A stretch of DNA of 64,000 nucleotides from Owenia fusiformis (taxonomy: Eukaryota). The stretch lies in the NCBI GenBank assembly GCA_903813345.2, contig CAIIXF020000001.1:33728001-33792000 (forward strand). The letters run 5' to 3'. The notes beneath the pieces were generated by a model. It made no database searches, was not told the DNA's origin, and saw nothing but the letters and a program-made list of their open reading frames with translations. Position 1 is the first letter of the stretch, and each line of letters begins with the position of its first letter. The position numbers were made by a program, and so were the translations under genes. Below, in pieces: positions 40,401 through 52,660 of this stretch.

Positions 40401-42294
40401 CAACATTGATGGCACTTGTCATACTGGTAAGACATGATAAGCAGATGATTACCCATAAATATCAAGATGATTAATTGAATATTCCAGGAATTATACATAG
40501 TATCTCCTTAATGTGTATTTTTTAATAAATTATTTCTGTTACCATAGCTACCACGTGTTAAACATTAATGAAACTTGTCATAGTGGTAGTGCATTATAAG
40601 TAGATGATTACCTGTAAATATCAAGATGAATGGCTGTATATTCTAGGAATTATAGATGGCTTTCATTGTACCCCCCTTAAAATCATACCAATGGGGTATA
40701 AATCTGTTTACCATAGTAACCAGTTATCCAACACTGATGAAATTTTCCATGATAGTCAAACATAATGATGTGAATAATATCTGTTAATTTCAGGACAAAT
40801 GGTTACTTATTTTCTTCAAAAAGTTGAACACAAATAAAGAATTCTTTGGAAAAGTGCCACATCCCCTTTCTAAATTTACTTGCATTGCCATATAATCATC
40901 AGCAATAGATTCCACTGTGTGGATAAGATAAAACAGCAGTTGATTTAATATTATCAAATATACTTTGAATAAGTTTTCTAAAATGGTTTCATGGTGATTC
41001 CTTCCAATTTCATGAAAATAATATGTGTTTTGTCTCATGGGGTATCTTAAATTTTGACGAAAATGTGTACTTTTTAACATATGATCTCCATTTCCATAGC
41101 AACCAGTTGATCAACTTTAATGAAACTTGTCAGAATGGTAGGACATAATAAGTACATGATTACCTGGAAAAATCAAGATGATAGGCTCTATATTCTAGGA
41201 ATGATATATGGCTTTCCAAGTACCCCCCTTAAAATTACACCAGGGGGGTATAGATCTGAATATTTCCAAAACGTTGAAAAACTAGACACCAATGATTTCA
41301 GAATCAATGTATAATAATAAACCACAAATAACCTATATGAAGAGAAATTTGCTACTTTTCAAAACCACTTTTACACCACGCTCATCCAGTAAAAGCTTTA
41401 TTCGTAAAAAATGCAGGCCACCCACTAATAATCAAATTAATCGACAGATAAGCCTATTACTTCATCAAAATTAGCACGATATACATGATAACATATGTGG
41501 GTTACTAAAATTATACATTTAGGGAAAAATTTATCAAGATTTGAAGGACAAAATAGATACGGAAACAACTACGCACAGAAAGTCTTAGTTTACGTACTTT
41601 CGGTATTGCTGTCGGTTAGACAAACGTATTGAGTACACTTTTTCTCCAACGATACGTTACGGAGTTTGATACGGGTAGCTAAAACGTTGTGAGAAACATG
41701 TACGCTGTAATTATTGCGATACCATTCCATACAGTGTAAAGTGAATTGAGCATTCCATTTGAAAAACTCGAATTATGTCAAACAATAAACAAATTCATTC
41801 ACCAAATTTAAGTCAAATTATACACAACACACTGTGCTTGTTCATATAGTGATACCTTTAGAACTAAAATCAATGTAATCGAAGGATAAAATGGGATACG
41901 AAAATGACCAACGTAGAAAAGCCTCAATTTTCGTATTTTCCGTATTGCTTCACGTATAAATTGAACTGACTACGCATAAATCTGGTAAATACGTTACGGC
42001 TACGGATCCGTTGAGCTAAAAATCGTTTTGCGAAACCTCTCTAATATGTGTGAAAACCACAAATTAAAAGAGCTTAAATAAGTAGCAATTGACGGAATAA
42101 TTTTTTTTGGATTAAACTATTTGGACGTGTCCAAAAATATCCCTTCTCCATCGTTAATTCCACTTTCTACATTTACAGTCATTTATGGAAATTTTAAGAT
42201 AAAGATAGTTAAAATATAAACAGTAGTGAATATTATTCCACGTTGTTGAATGGATTAAAGTCTGTTTGAACTTAATGAAATAATTCATCTGATT

Positions 42295-43174
42295 TTTCCG
42301 TCCGTCCGCACGTACGTCCATCCGTTCATCTGTCCGGGCAATAACTCAAATGCCGTTGGCCCGATTTTGTTCATATTTTGTACACATATACCTTATGGGG
42401 GTAGAAGTTCTGCTCCACTCATGTAAAAATGGCGGCCATTTTAGTGCTGATTTTACAGTAATTTAGGTACAATATGTAAAACTGTAATAGCATAGTTTTA
42501 AATGTAAAAAAATTATATAGGACATTAATAAAGCTAGAAATGTACGTATTAAAGAAGCACATGGCAGCCATCTTGAAAAATGCCGGCCTTTACTCGCTAT
42601 TTTACGATTTTTGCTTTAACTCAAAAAGTAGGAGAGCGATTTTGTTCATATTTGGTATGTGAATACTATAAGCATGGCACACTGTCTAATAACACTTTTG
42701 GTAGAAAACGGCCATTTTGAAAAATAGCCGTCATTTAAACGTATTTTACTTTAACTCGAAAAGTAGTGGAGCGATTTTGTTCATATTTGGTATATGAATA
42801 CTATCAGCATGGCACACTGTCTGAGGACACTTTGGTAGAAGGTGGCCATTTTGAAAAATGGCCGCCTTTTTAACGTATTTTACTATAACTCGAAAAGTAC
42901 TGTTTAAAGCGATTTTGTTAATATTTGGTATGTGAATACTATAAGCATGGCACACTGTCTAATGACACTTTTGGTAGAAGGTGGCCATTTTGAAAAATAG
43001 CTGCCATTTTAATGTATTTTACTACAACACGAAAAGTAGTGGAACATTTGGTATGTGAAAACTATAAGCATGGCACACTGTCTAATGACACTTTTGGTAT
43101 ATACTTTGTTTGTAAAAATGCCAGCCATGGCTGTTCGATGGGATTTGCTACGCTTTGGCGTTGCTGTTGTCTAG
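42295..43174 (+). mobile_element. HINE A-related element lacking its extreme 5' end
   Basis: GTCC microsatellite, tandem units of about 135 bp, and 3' end GTTCGATGGGATTTGCTACGC...GCGTTGCTGTTGTCTAG. Confidence 0.75.
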
Positions 43175-46100
43175 TTAATTGGAAACATAACAGTATAATC
43201 TTTGGATTTACAAATTTGTATGGGATTTCATAAGTGTAAATGTTGCTTTTGAAGTATTTTTCTATAGCCATTGTGTAGGAAAAAATGTATAATCTTTTAA
43301 TTTGAAGTATGACCTGAATCGATTGCAAACTTTATATTTGCACATCTGATGTGATATACCATTTGTGTCATATTGTGAAATTATTTAATTTGCAATCGAT
43401 TCAGGTCATAGTGTATTTTAGGTATTTTTGGGTTATATATATTTTACAAGTGGATCCAAGAGACCAAGTGGGCAAGTCCATTATTTTGCAGGGGTGGCAG
43501 GATATACATGTATCAATTTTCACATATTCACATTGTCCTATTCATACCTGCCAACCTAAGACCAAAAATTTGCGGTAGTTATTTTTTAATTGTGGTATTT
43601 TTGTGGTAGATTTTTTTAAAATGCAGTAGTTTTTGCAGTATTTTTTGACAAAAATGCGGTAGTTTACGGTAGATTTTGAAAAAAATTCGGTAGTTTTTGC
43701 GGTAGATTTTTGAAAAAACTACTTTTTTGGAAGTTTTTGAAAATGTGGTTGTTTTATGGTAGATTTTGCAAAATGTGGTAGTTTTACGGTAGATTTTTGA
43801 AAAACAGTAGTTTTGCGGAAGAGTTTGTAAAATGCGGTAGTTTTACTGTAGATTAAAAAAATGCAGTAGTTTTTGCGGGACATTTTGAATAAATACGGTA
43901 GTTTTTGCGGTAGTTTTTGTCACACTTCAATGAATAAATAATAAAATATGTTTTTCTAACACAGCATTCTGTTTATGAACTCTTTCATAAACAGACTAAC
44001 AATTTGAACATTTCAGTGATTTTATAGCTACATTAGAACATGTCGTAGTTGAACACTGTGTATTTGCATCACGATACTCCCCAGTGTGTTGACTGATTAC
44101 ACGCCAGCTTACTTAGTTTCTTACTAAGCACACAATAACCACTGTCACAGACCTGCCGAGACCCTATTTATTTTCGGGTTGGTAATGGAATATTACAAGG
44201 GCAATGCGGGAAGACTTCAATTTTTCAGAATTTCCAAATAATAATGTTTGACTTATACTTTAAGTATAAGTCGGGTTTATGATTGACAACAGTATCCACA
44301 CCTCAAGGCATATATCATGTGCAACGAACCGGTTGGCTAATTCTTATGTTATTGTAACACGTAACCATTGCTTGATTCATTTTAAGGTGCGCTTTGCGAT
44401 AGCAACATCCCAAAGTCACCTTGTTAAACAAGTTATTACTTTATTTGAGAAACATACTTACAAACATGCCTAAAACAAGACAAAGAAAATCATATACGAA
44501 AAAGGAAGATCCAAAACAAAAACCTTCAAAGGATAAAGGGACTCTTAATCAGTTGAGGGAATAACTTCAGAAACATGGCATTAATGCGCCAGAGACTTTC
44601 CAAAGACAAGCTCTCATACAACTGCTTAAGAGTAATGCAGATGTGAACTGAAGGAGTCGCACTTCCTCGCCAAAATATTAACGGGGAGTCTCTCGCAGAT
44701 GACCAACAAAGCTGTATAGAGGATATTCTCGATAATACAAGGTTGCCCACAGAAAAGCAAAGACACAACACATCCTTTCGTAGTCGTGGCGTACCCATAG
44801 AAAGCATACCAGTGGTAGACGTCTTAGCAGCCAGCACGAGAAGGAATATACTCGAGATGAAAGCAGGCTAAAGAAACACTGTTTGAGGCCATATTTATTC
44901 TAACCATGACACCAATGTCACCACGTGAGATATGATGACAGGCCCTCCAGCAAAGAAATAACTTTAAACTCGGGTAATGTTATTCTAGCATGTCGACAAT
45001 CTTTACGCACTATCGTGAACTTGGTCTAAATACGCCATACTCAATGTTATATTTTACTATAATTATGATCTAAAGTGTAGATATTCATGGATTTTCAGAA
45101 TTTGCATTTGGTCCCCGTATGAGTCTATGTGAATAGTACGTGCATCTATTATAAATAAATAATTGTGAAGAACATGATCGAGATCCGATACTTATAATTA
45201 TGTACTCATATTCAGATACACACAACCATCAGCTTATATGGGCCGGAGTCTTTCAGTCACATAGCATCAATTTGAATATCCTTTGTAACATTCGTTCAAC
45301 TTCACTTCTTAAAAGAGACTTTCTTTAGTTTATAATGAACCAAATGAACGATATGCCGTTTTGATTACATTAACGGGACAACAAGGTCTATGAAGAGAGA
45401 TTTTTCTTTACTTTTTGAGCTAGCAGGGCAACGAACGTTTGGCTTAACATCTTCTTCGAGATACCTTTTTTCTTAAATTAATGGTTCAGCTGTCATTTTC
45501 AGCATTAGGGAGTATAACTTCAGTTCAGGGCTTCTATAAAAGAAGTCCTACCTATAGATTTAAACACCTTCCACGTTTCAAGAGGGAAATCAGCTGAAAT
45601 AATGTTCATCCAGGGTTTTCTTCGGGATGATGAAAGTATATGTTAGTCTTCATAAAATATCCAAACTTGAATAGCTTTCGATACTGGTCCATGATCGTTC
45701 AGCATTAATTCTTGTACCTTTAAGTTTTGATCCTATTTATAATAATTGGCTTCTTCATGGAACGTATATAAACAGCTCTTGCGATCGACAATTCACATTT
45801 TTATACTTTCTAACTTACGATTTTCAGAGGTTGTTTGTAAGATTTGTATACTGCTTGGTGATTTATATTACAGAATTCCTCAAGACAATCCTCGGAAGTC
45901 TATCGGAGAGCGGCCAGCGTAATAGTAATCTACGTAATCCAATCACAACATTGGACATTTCAATTATATTAAATCCCCACATGCTTCTCTTCATTGGACT
46001 TACTCAGTGCGCATGGGGTCTGAGTTGACCCCCCTATTTTTCTGTAATACACTTCTACAGTTTTTAACAGGGTTGGGTCACCGGATTAGAAGCATTTGCG

Positions 46101-47160
46101 CAATGGCACCTTTGTACAAGAACAGTTCAAAGGATTCGACCCTACTATTAACTGTGCCCCTCTGGCGTTTCGATGAAAGCCCATACCTTGAATTTATCCG
46201 TTGCTCAACACAAAGCAGGCAGATTAAAGTTTATTAGTGGCTACAAAAGCAGCATAAACAACTAGTGGACACCCTAAGAAAGGACCCATATGCAACCATC
46301 ATCGTGAAAACAGCGTATACCCTCGCCTTCCTCCGAGTTTCACTAGTACTACTCAAACAGACTATAAGGGCACACGTTTTACTAACAATCTCAAATACAT
46401 TTAGCTTATATAAGCAGTACTGTCAACCCCTAAAGATTTTCTCGCGGGACAGATTTTTTAGACCCAGTGCCCAAAATTCGAGGGATTTTGCGGTACATGT
46501 ACTAAATTCGCGGGATTTCGCGGGACATTTAAGGCATTTGCGTGATTGCGCTAATAGGCCAAATTTTTTTTATCAAATTCGCGGGATTTCGCGGGACCAT
46601 TCGAGGGACAAACACTCTAATTGCGTGACAGTTAACAGGTTTACCACCAAAATCTTCATAGAGGGACAGATGTTTTAGACAACGTGCCCTAAATTTGCGG
46701 GATTTCGCGGGACATCCACCTAAATTTGCAGGATGTCCCGGGACATTCAAGGGATTTGCGTGATTTGGACTAATGTAAAAGCATGTTAAAGTACTTAAAT
46801 CAAACTTCCAGATACTGATTAATCAAATATAATGCACCGTTGCATTATAACTTAAATAAACGTCAACACAATTTCACAAAATACGCATAGGAATATTATT
46901 TAACTTTATTGTAATTTATCAAAAACAAAAACCATGCTTCAGGTGTGAGTACCGTAATCTAACACGAAATTCAAAAATTCGGAACAATACTTTGCACTTC
47001 TGGCGTCGTGACCAACTATGAAACGCTTACCCCCATAATGTTATATATTAAAATGTACCTATTCATATACTGTAGACATGGGCTTTCAATTGAAAGCCCA
47101 TGATATAGGGGTTCGATTAATCTACATCAAATTATAGGGAATGAGGTAACTTTTCTAGAT

Positions 47161-49171
47161 AGGGTTTGTTGAAAAAACCGGGTACCGGGTAGTAAATCCT
47201 CCATGCTGGGTTCAAACTTGGTACCAGGTCGAAAAAACCGGGTACCCAAAAAACGAAATATACGAATATACAACATAATTAGATCATTAGAAAACATGTA
47301 AGATTTGTTTTGAATTTACAAAAATGTATGTAACTTCCTTCAAAATTGCGCTAGAAGCTTCAAATGAAAAGCATTTTAAGGCTCTTTTTATGTCCCCACC
47401 ACATAGTGTGGGGCCATATTGTCGGCCTAGGCGCGTCCGTCTGTCCGTCTGTCTGTCTGTCCGTCTGTCTGTCCGTCCGTACGTCCGGCAGTTTTCTCCA
47501 AAACCGCTACAGATATCACCTTCAAATTTTCAGGGATAACTTATGAGTGCATACAGATGTGGATGAAAAAAAATTAACTCGATACCTACTTCCTGTCGGC
47601 CATTTTGAAGTCAAATGCTAAAATCCTTGTCTGCAAACTTCAAGAAAAACGGCTTCACAGTTGCTTTTAAAACTTTAACATCTTGTTCAGCTCACTTCAT
47701 TCTAGATCTGATTAGGTTTTGGACCTGTTAGCTCAGTCATGTCAGCCATTTTGAATGTTTTAAGAAAAGTTAGCGCACGATAATACTTTGTATCATATTG
47801 AATGGTGTTTTTCAGTTTCCATACTTTAACTTTTTAGTAGCTTTATAAATAATTTCAGGTGTACTTTGTTGTAAAAGCTTATGTTATTGTTAACAGTAGT
47901 TATATGTGATAATTTTGAAAAAAGATTTCAGCAAAAACTCATAATCACTTTTTTATTGTCGGCCATTTTGGATTTTTCCGTCCTAAAATCTTGTCTGTAA
48001 AGTCTTGTCTACTCATTTTCAGGTGAACCGTTTGGTAGATCAATTTTAAATTTTCAGGGATGATTCTTAGTATGAGAATCTAGATCTGATTAGTTTTTGG
48101 GCATTCTGGGTAAATGTCAAGGCAGCCATTTTGGATTTTCCGTCCTAAAATCTTGTCTGTAAAGTCTTGTCTACGCATTTTCAGATGAACCATTTGGTAG
48201 ATCCATTTCAAATTTTCAGGGATGATTCTCAGTATGAAAATCTAGATCTGATTATTTTTACGGCATTCTGGATAAATGTCAAGGCAGCATTTTGGATTTT
48301 CCGTTTTAAAATCTTGCCCGTAAAGTCTTGTCTACACGTTTTTAGGTGAACCGTTTGGTAGATCAATTTCAAATTTTCAGGGATGATTCTTAGTATGAAA
48401 ATCTAGAACTGATTAGTTTTTGGGCATTCTTGGTAAATGTCAAGGCAGCCATTTTGGATTTTCTGTCCTAAAATCTTGTCCGTAAAGTCTTGTCTACACA
48501 TTTCCAGGTGAACTGTTTGGTAGATCAATTTCAAATTTTCAGGGATGATTCTTAGTATGAAAATCTAGAACAGATTAGTTTTTGGCATTCTGGATAAATG
48601 TCAAGGCAGCCATTTTGGATTTTCTGTCCTCAAATCTTGTCTGTAAAGTCTTGTTTACATGTTTTCTGGTTAACTGTGTGACGGATCAATTTCAAATTTT
48701 CAGGGGTGGTTCTTAGTATGAAAATCTAGAACTGACTAATTTTTTGGCATTCTTGGTAAATTTTAAGGTGCCCATTTTGGATTCTCCGTCCTCGAATTGT
48801 GTCGGTAAAGTCTTGTCTACTCATTTTTAGGATAACCATTTGACAGGATCACCCATAGGTGGGGACATATTGTACACATTTGTGTTCTTGTCTTCCTTTA
48901 TCATCATAACCAATGAAAATATGGCCATGACAATAGAGGAAGAAAAGAGCCTTAAACTATGCTTTTTATTTGAAGCTTCTAGCTCAATTTTGAAGGATGT
49001 TACATACATTTTTGTGAATTCAAAACAAATCTTACACGTTTTCTCATAATCTAATTATGTTATATATTCGTATTTTTCGTTTTTTGGGTACCCGTTTTTT
49101 TGACCGGGTACCAAGTTTGAACCCAGCATGGAGGATTTACAACCCGGTACCCGGTTTTTTCTACAAACCCT
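47161..49171. mobile_element. MITE with about 230-bp TIRs and an 8-bp TSD
   Basis: AGGGTTTGT...ACAAACCCT with CCGGGTACC motifs. Flanks are TTCTAGAT and TTCTACAT. Confidence 0.8.
47385..48890 (+). mobile_element. HINE family E with a satellite core of about 162 bp
   Basis: 5' ATGTCCCCACC and 3' GGTGGGGACAT sub-terminal IR; (GTCC/GTCT)n; five or more tandem units at about 47960-48830. Confidence 0.8.
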
Positions 49172-52100
49172 TTCTACATATCAGCGTCCATTTATTGTAA
49201 CTCGCGTTTGCTAACATTTGCTCAGTTTTGAGATGAAGGCCACACGGGTAGTAAAAAGGCCAACGTTGGAACTGTTTGTGACCTACATCCCTATTTTCGT
49301 AATTAAAATGAAAGTTGAACCCTTCCTCTTTATTTTGATACCAAACAACAGCATGCTAGGTACTTACAACAAGGTAAACTTTACTCCTCAAAAGTGCAAA
49401 AACTTAGCTTCTTATATAAGATAAGATAATCACAATATAGGGGATTGCAACAATTTCGGAAATTCGCGGAGGTTAAAACCACATTTGCGGGACTTCGCGG
49501 GACATCGCGGGACACGCGAATGAGCCTAATTTTGATCAAATTCGCGGGATAATCCCGCCATTCGCGGGACACTTGACAGCTCTGTATAAGCATTGACCAT
49601 CATTATTATAATAGGCATTTTTTCCAAGTATTCAAGCTGCTACCGCACGAATAGGGGACCATCTCATTCAAAACTCAGAGTTCAGAGGTCTAGCGCCAGA
49701 CATAGCGAAATAACCAACATCGGTTAGAAATAGTCTGACGTTATCACAGAGGGTTAATGATCTATTGGAGAGTAGAAAAGAGAAGTTCCATCAACTAGTT
49801 CCCTGGGCCAAGGAGGAGCCACTGCCTTGCCCGGATCCCTTGGCAGTAATCTGGCAGTAAATTCTGTTCTGGATCTATTGTAAGATTGTTCTATTAACAG
49901 CAGTACAAAAACATTGTATCAGTAAGGATTTAATTCGTATACCGATTTCCTACAATCTCACAGTGTAGGTTGGCCAAAACTCGACACACCGCCAATCTCC
50001 GAGGAAATTATGCTTCGATTCGTGTCGCACTTACATATAAAGGGGCTAAAAAATTCACCATAAGACTTTATTTATCTTGAATAAAGTATTTCTACATGAA
50101 ATCGGGTATCGCCAATCCATTCCATACATCAGAGGTTTTACTTCTTCCGCACCTGTAGTCAATCTCGAACTCAAGAAGTTCCAGACCCATTGGCCGTACT
50201 CTGGAGCTGCATCGCCATTTGCGCCATCTATTATCAAGTGCGATTGGTGACAGAACAAAGGCAGCGTACGTCAGTGGCTTCAATGCCTTTAAATGGTATG
50301 GCTAACAACAACGTCCTACTCTCGATAAACATTCTACCTGAAATCAACGAGGAAACCCTGCTATACTTCGTATGTCACTATAATCTCAATTTAGGACTAA
50401 CATTTTGCGACTATCAAACTGTACTTGTCTGGGGGACATAAATTGGGAAAATCAAAGCGGTCATTAACGTGCCAGAATCAAAAACGGACATGTTTAGAAG
50501 AGGTGTTTTACCAGACGCTTCATTCTTCCTGTCTCAGAACGGCGAAGCACTTTCGAGAACGGTTTTCATAGCAAAGATGAGACACGATATAGCCTCAACG
50601 GGACGCGACCCTAAGCTCATTTCGAATAGGTGCCTCTACTCAATCGTCAAAGGGGCGCCTAGAAGATCACTGGAAAGGAGACCCCTACAGACGCTACATT
50701 AGGACACCAAATGTAGTCATCAAACAGGGACAATTAGCGTTAACAAGATCATGAATTTGACTTTGACTACACGTCATACAGCCATTTAACAAACATTTAC
50801 ATTCCGTAGACAACTTAACGGAACAGTGCGTGGGAATAACAGGTTTATAAACTCGATTACATTTTTGCATGATTCTCATTTTAAGTAGATGCGAAGATAC
50901 ATTCTGCACATACCTTGGAAGAGTATGTTCTTTGAACAACCTTTGTGAATCAGATTGTCATATCATTGTGCATCAATGCGTAAGGTTTCGTGCTTGTTAC
51001 ACTCTCATGTTTTGGAAATTAAAATAGATAATGTAAATACGTAACCACAATACCACAGATGGTATCATTTTCTTCTTTTAAAATCATGTATTTAAATTGT
51101 GTATCGAAGCGAGTGGAAAGCTTCGAAACTTGATGTAATTTCCACATATCTGCTTTATTTCATGTAAGGGGATAATTATGTGCTTCAACGTAGGTATTCG
51201 TCTTTCTCTTTATTGGGGTTCCCATAGGCGATCCTCTATCACCAAGTTGTTACCGTCACGCCTATGGTTTGGCCATTTATCTTAAGAGATAGGCCTATTG
51301 GCCGATATTTAGGTTTAGATCAGTACAAGACATGTTTGTTTGCCGATTGTGCATCTTGTGATTATCATCATTTCACTATTCAAAGATGTACATGGGTTCC
51401 AACAATGCATTGGTGCGTTCCCAATATTCAGGGATCACAGCGCAGCTCTGCCAACGATGCAGCTCACGTTTGCCTTTGGCTTCGGCTGCCAACGATGCAG
51501 CCCACGTTTGCTGCCAACGATGTAGCTTTCGTGTGCCTTCGGCTTCCGTTCAATGTGTTATTGGAGGTAGACTTGCATACTTGTACTCCCCGACCACAAG
51601 TACACATATGCAGTTGGTCACTTCAATTCTCCAATCTGGCTTGTACCCAAGACTTCGTCCATCATATCAAGCGACACGTCGCGGGATCACACAAGCTCTC
51701 AATCAAGTAATCCAATCAACCAAAAATTCAATCAATCAATCAATCAATCAATCAAAAGAACATATATGAATTTGAAATCAAGATAGATAGCTTGGTGAGG
51801 TGGATCGCCCTAACTACTGTTTATTATTAATGTATAATCACATGACTTTCTTTCAGGGAACCCCAAGCCAAACTTGAGTAAATAAATGTAATATAATTTA
51901 ATTCCTGTGTTGTTGTGAATCATAAACGGTAGATTTTACGGTAGTTTGAACAAAAATACTGTTAATTTCAGCAGAAATAAGGTAGATTTCCAAATACTTA
52001 CGGTATATTTTACGGCCGTTCTTATAGAAAAAAATCGAATTATAATAATGTATTTCACGGTAGATTTCGGTAAAAATACGGTAGATTTTTTACGGATGTT

Positions 52101-52660
52101 TTACGGGAAAAAATGTTAAATTTTTTACGTTAGTTTGTCATTTTTACGGAAAAACAAAAAATTTACGGTAGATTCCCTTAAAAATACGGTAAGGATGGCA
52201 GGTATGTGATTGGAGGCAGTTTTGATCAATTTTGCAAAGGGTTACTTAATTCTCATCCGTCTCAACAAAACAGGAATATCCCAGAATTCGATACAGTCAT
52301 ACTTCTCTTATGTTAACTATATCATTGATTGGCCAAGGGTTCATCTATAATCCTGGGAAATGACCTCTTCTGGAAGTAAAGCGTGGGAACATCGGATATG
52401 ACCAGTTCCCATGCCAGTGTGTCACCTGTCATTTCTCTTGAATGATGTACACTTTCCTCCAAAAGATTGGAAACAATTGTAGAACAGTAAAACCTGTATA
52501 TTTGAACACTTGGCTAATCCGAACACTTGGCTAATCCGAACACTTCCTAATTTGAACATTTTTTGGTCCCTTTTTTCTCCGTATTCCATGTTCTTACAAA
52601 ACACATCTAAATCGTTTGAAAAAACACGTCCCGAGTAATTTCCATTGTTAAGACTTGAGC

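Larger units (their letters stand above)
28029..41389. mobile_element. Foldback-type element with 1.3-1.4-kb inverted arms
   Basis: CTGGATGAGCGTGGTGTAAAAGTGGTTTTGAAAA at 28029 and its reverse complement ending at 41389. The arms (about 28029-29340 and 39940-41389) contain tandem units. ORFs 28338+ and 40790- are mirror images. No clean TSD. Confidence 0.85.
24887..42042. mobile_element. PIF/Harbinger-group-like TIR element hosting about 13 kb of nested inserts
   Basis: Left end AGGGAGGTTTTGCACAACGGGTTAGCTTAAACGTATCCG; right end reverse complement AGAGAGGTTTCGCAAAACGATTTTTAGCTCAACGGATCCG. Flanks are AGT and AAT (imperfect ANT). Confidence 0.6.
46415..49584. mobile_element. hAT-like MITE with 6-bp TSD
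   Basis: CAGTACTGTCAA...TTGACAGCTCTG; TSD TATAAG at 46409-46414 and 49585-49590; TTCGCGGGA sub-terminal repeats. Confidence 0.75.
44700..50760 (+). pseudogene. Decayed tyrosine-recombinase (DIRS/Ngaro-like) retrotransposon remnants
   Basis: Frameshifted pieces on +: GVPIESIPVVDVL (gag-like, about 44790), AATARIGDHLIQ (about 49640), PISEEIMLRFVSHL (about 49990), LPEINEETLLYFVCH...ATIKLYLSG (about 50335-50435), SKTDMFRRG and NGEALSRTVF (50480-50570), WKGDPYRRYIRTP (about 50670, catalytic Tyr region). Confidence 0.7.
43543..52206. mobile_element. TIR element with CATACCTGCCA ends (P-element-like), hosting nested inserts
   Basis: CATACCTGCCAACC...GGATGGCAGGTATG, with (G/A)CGGTAG(A/T)TTT sub-terminal arrays at 43570-43920 and 51925-52190. 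No matching TSD. Confidence 0.6.
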
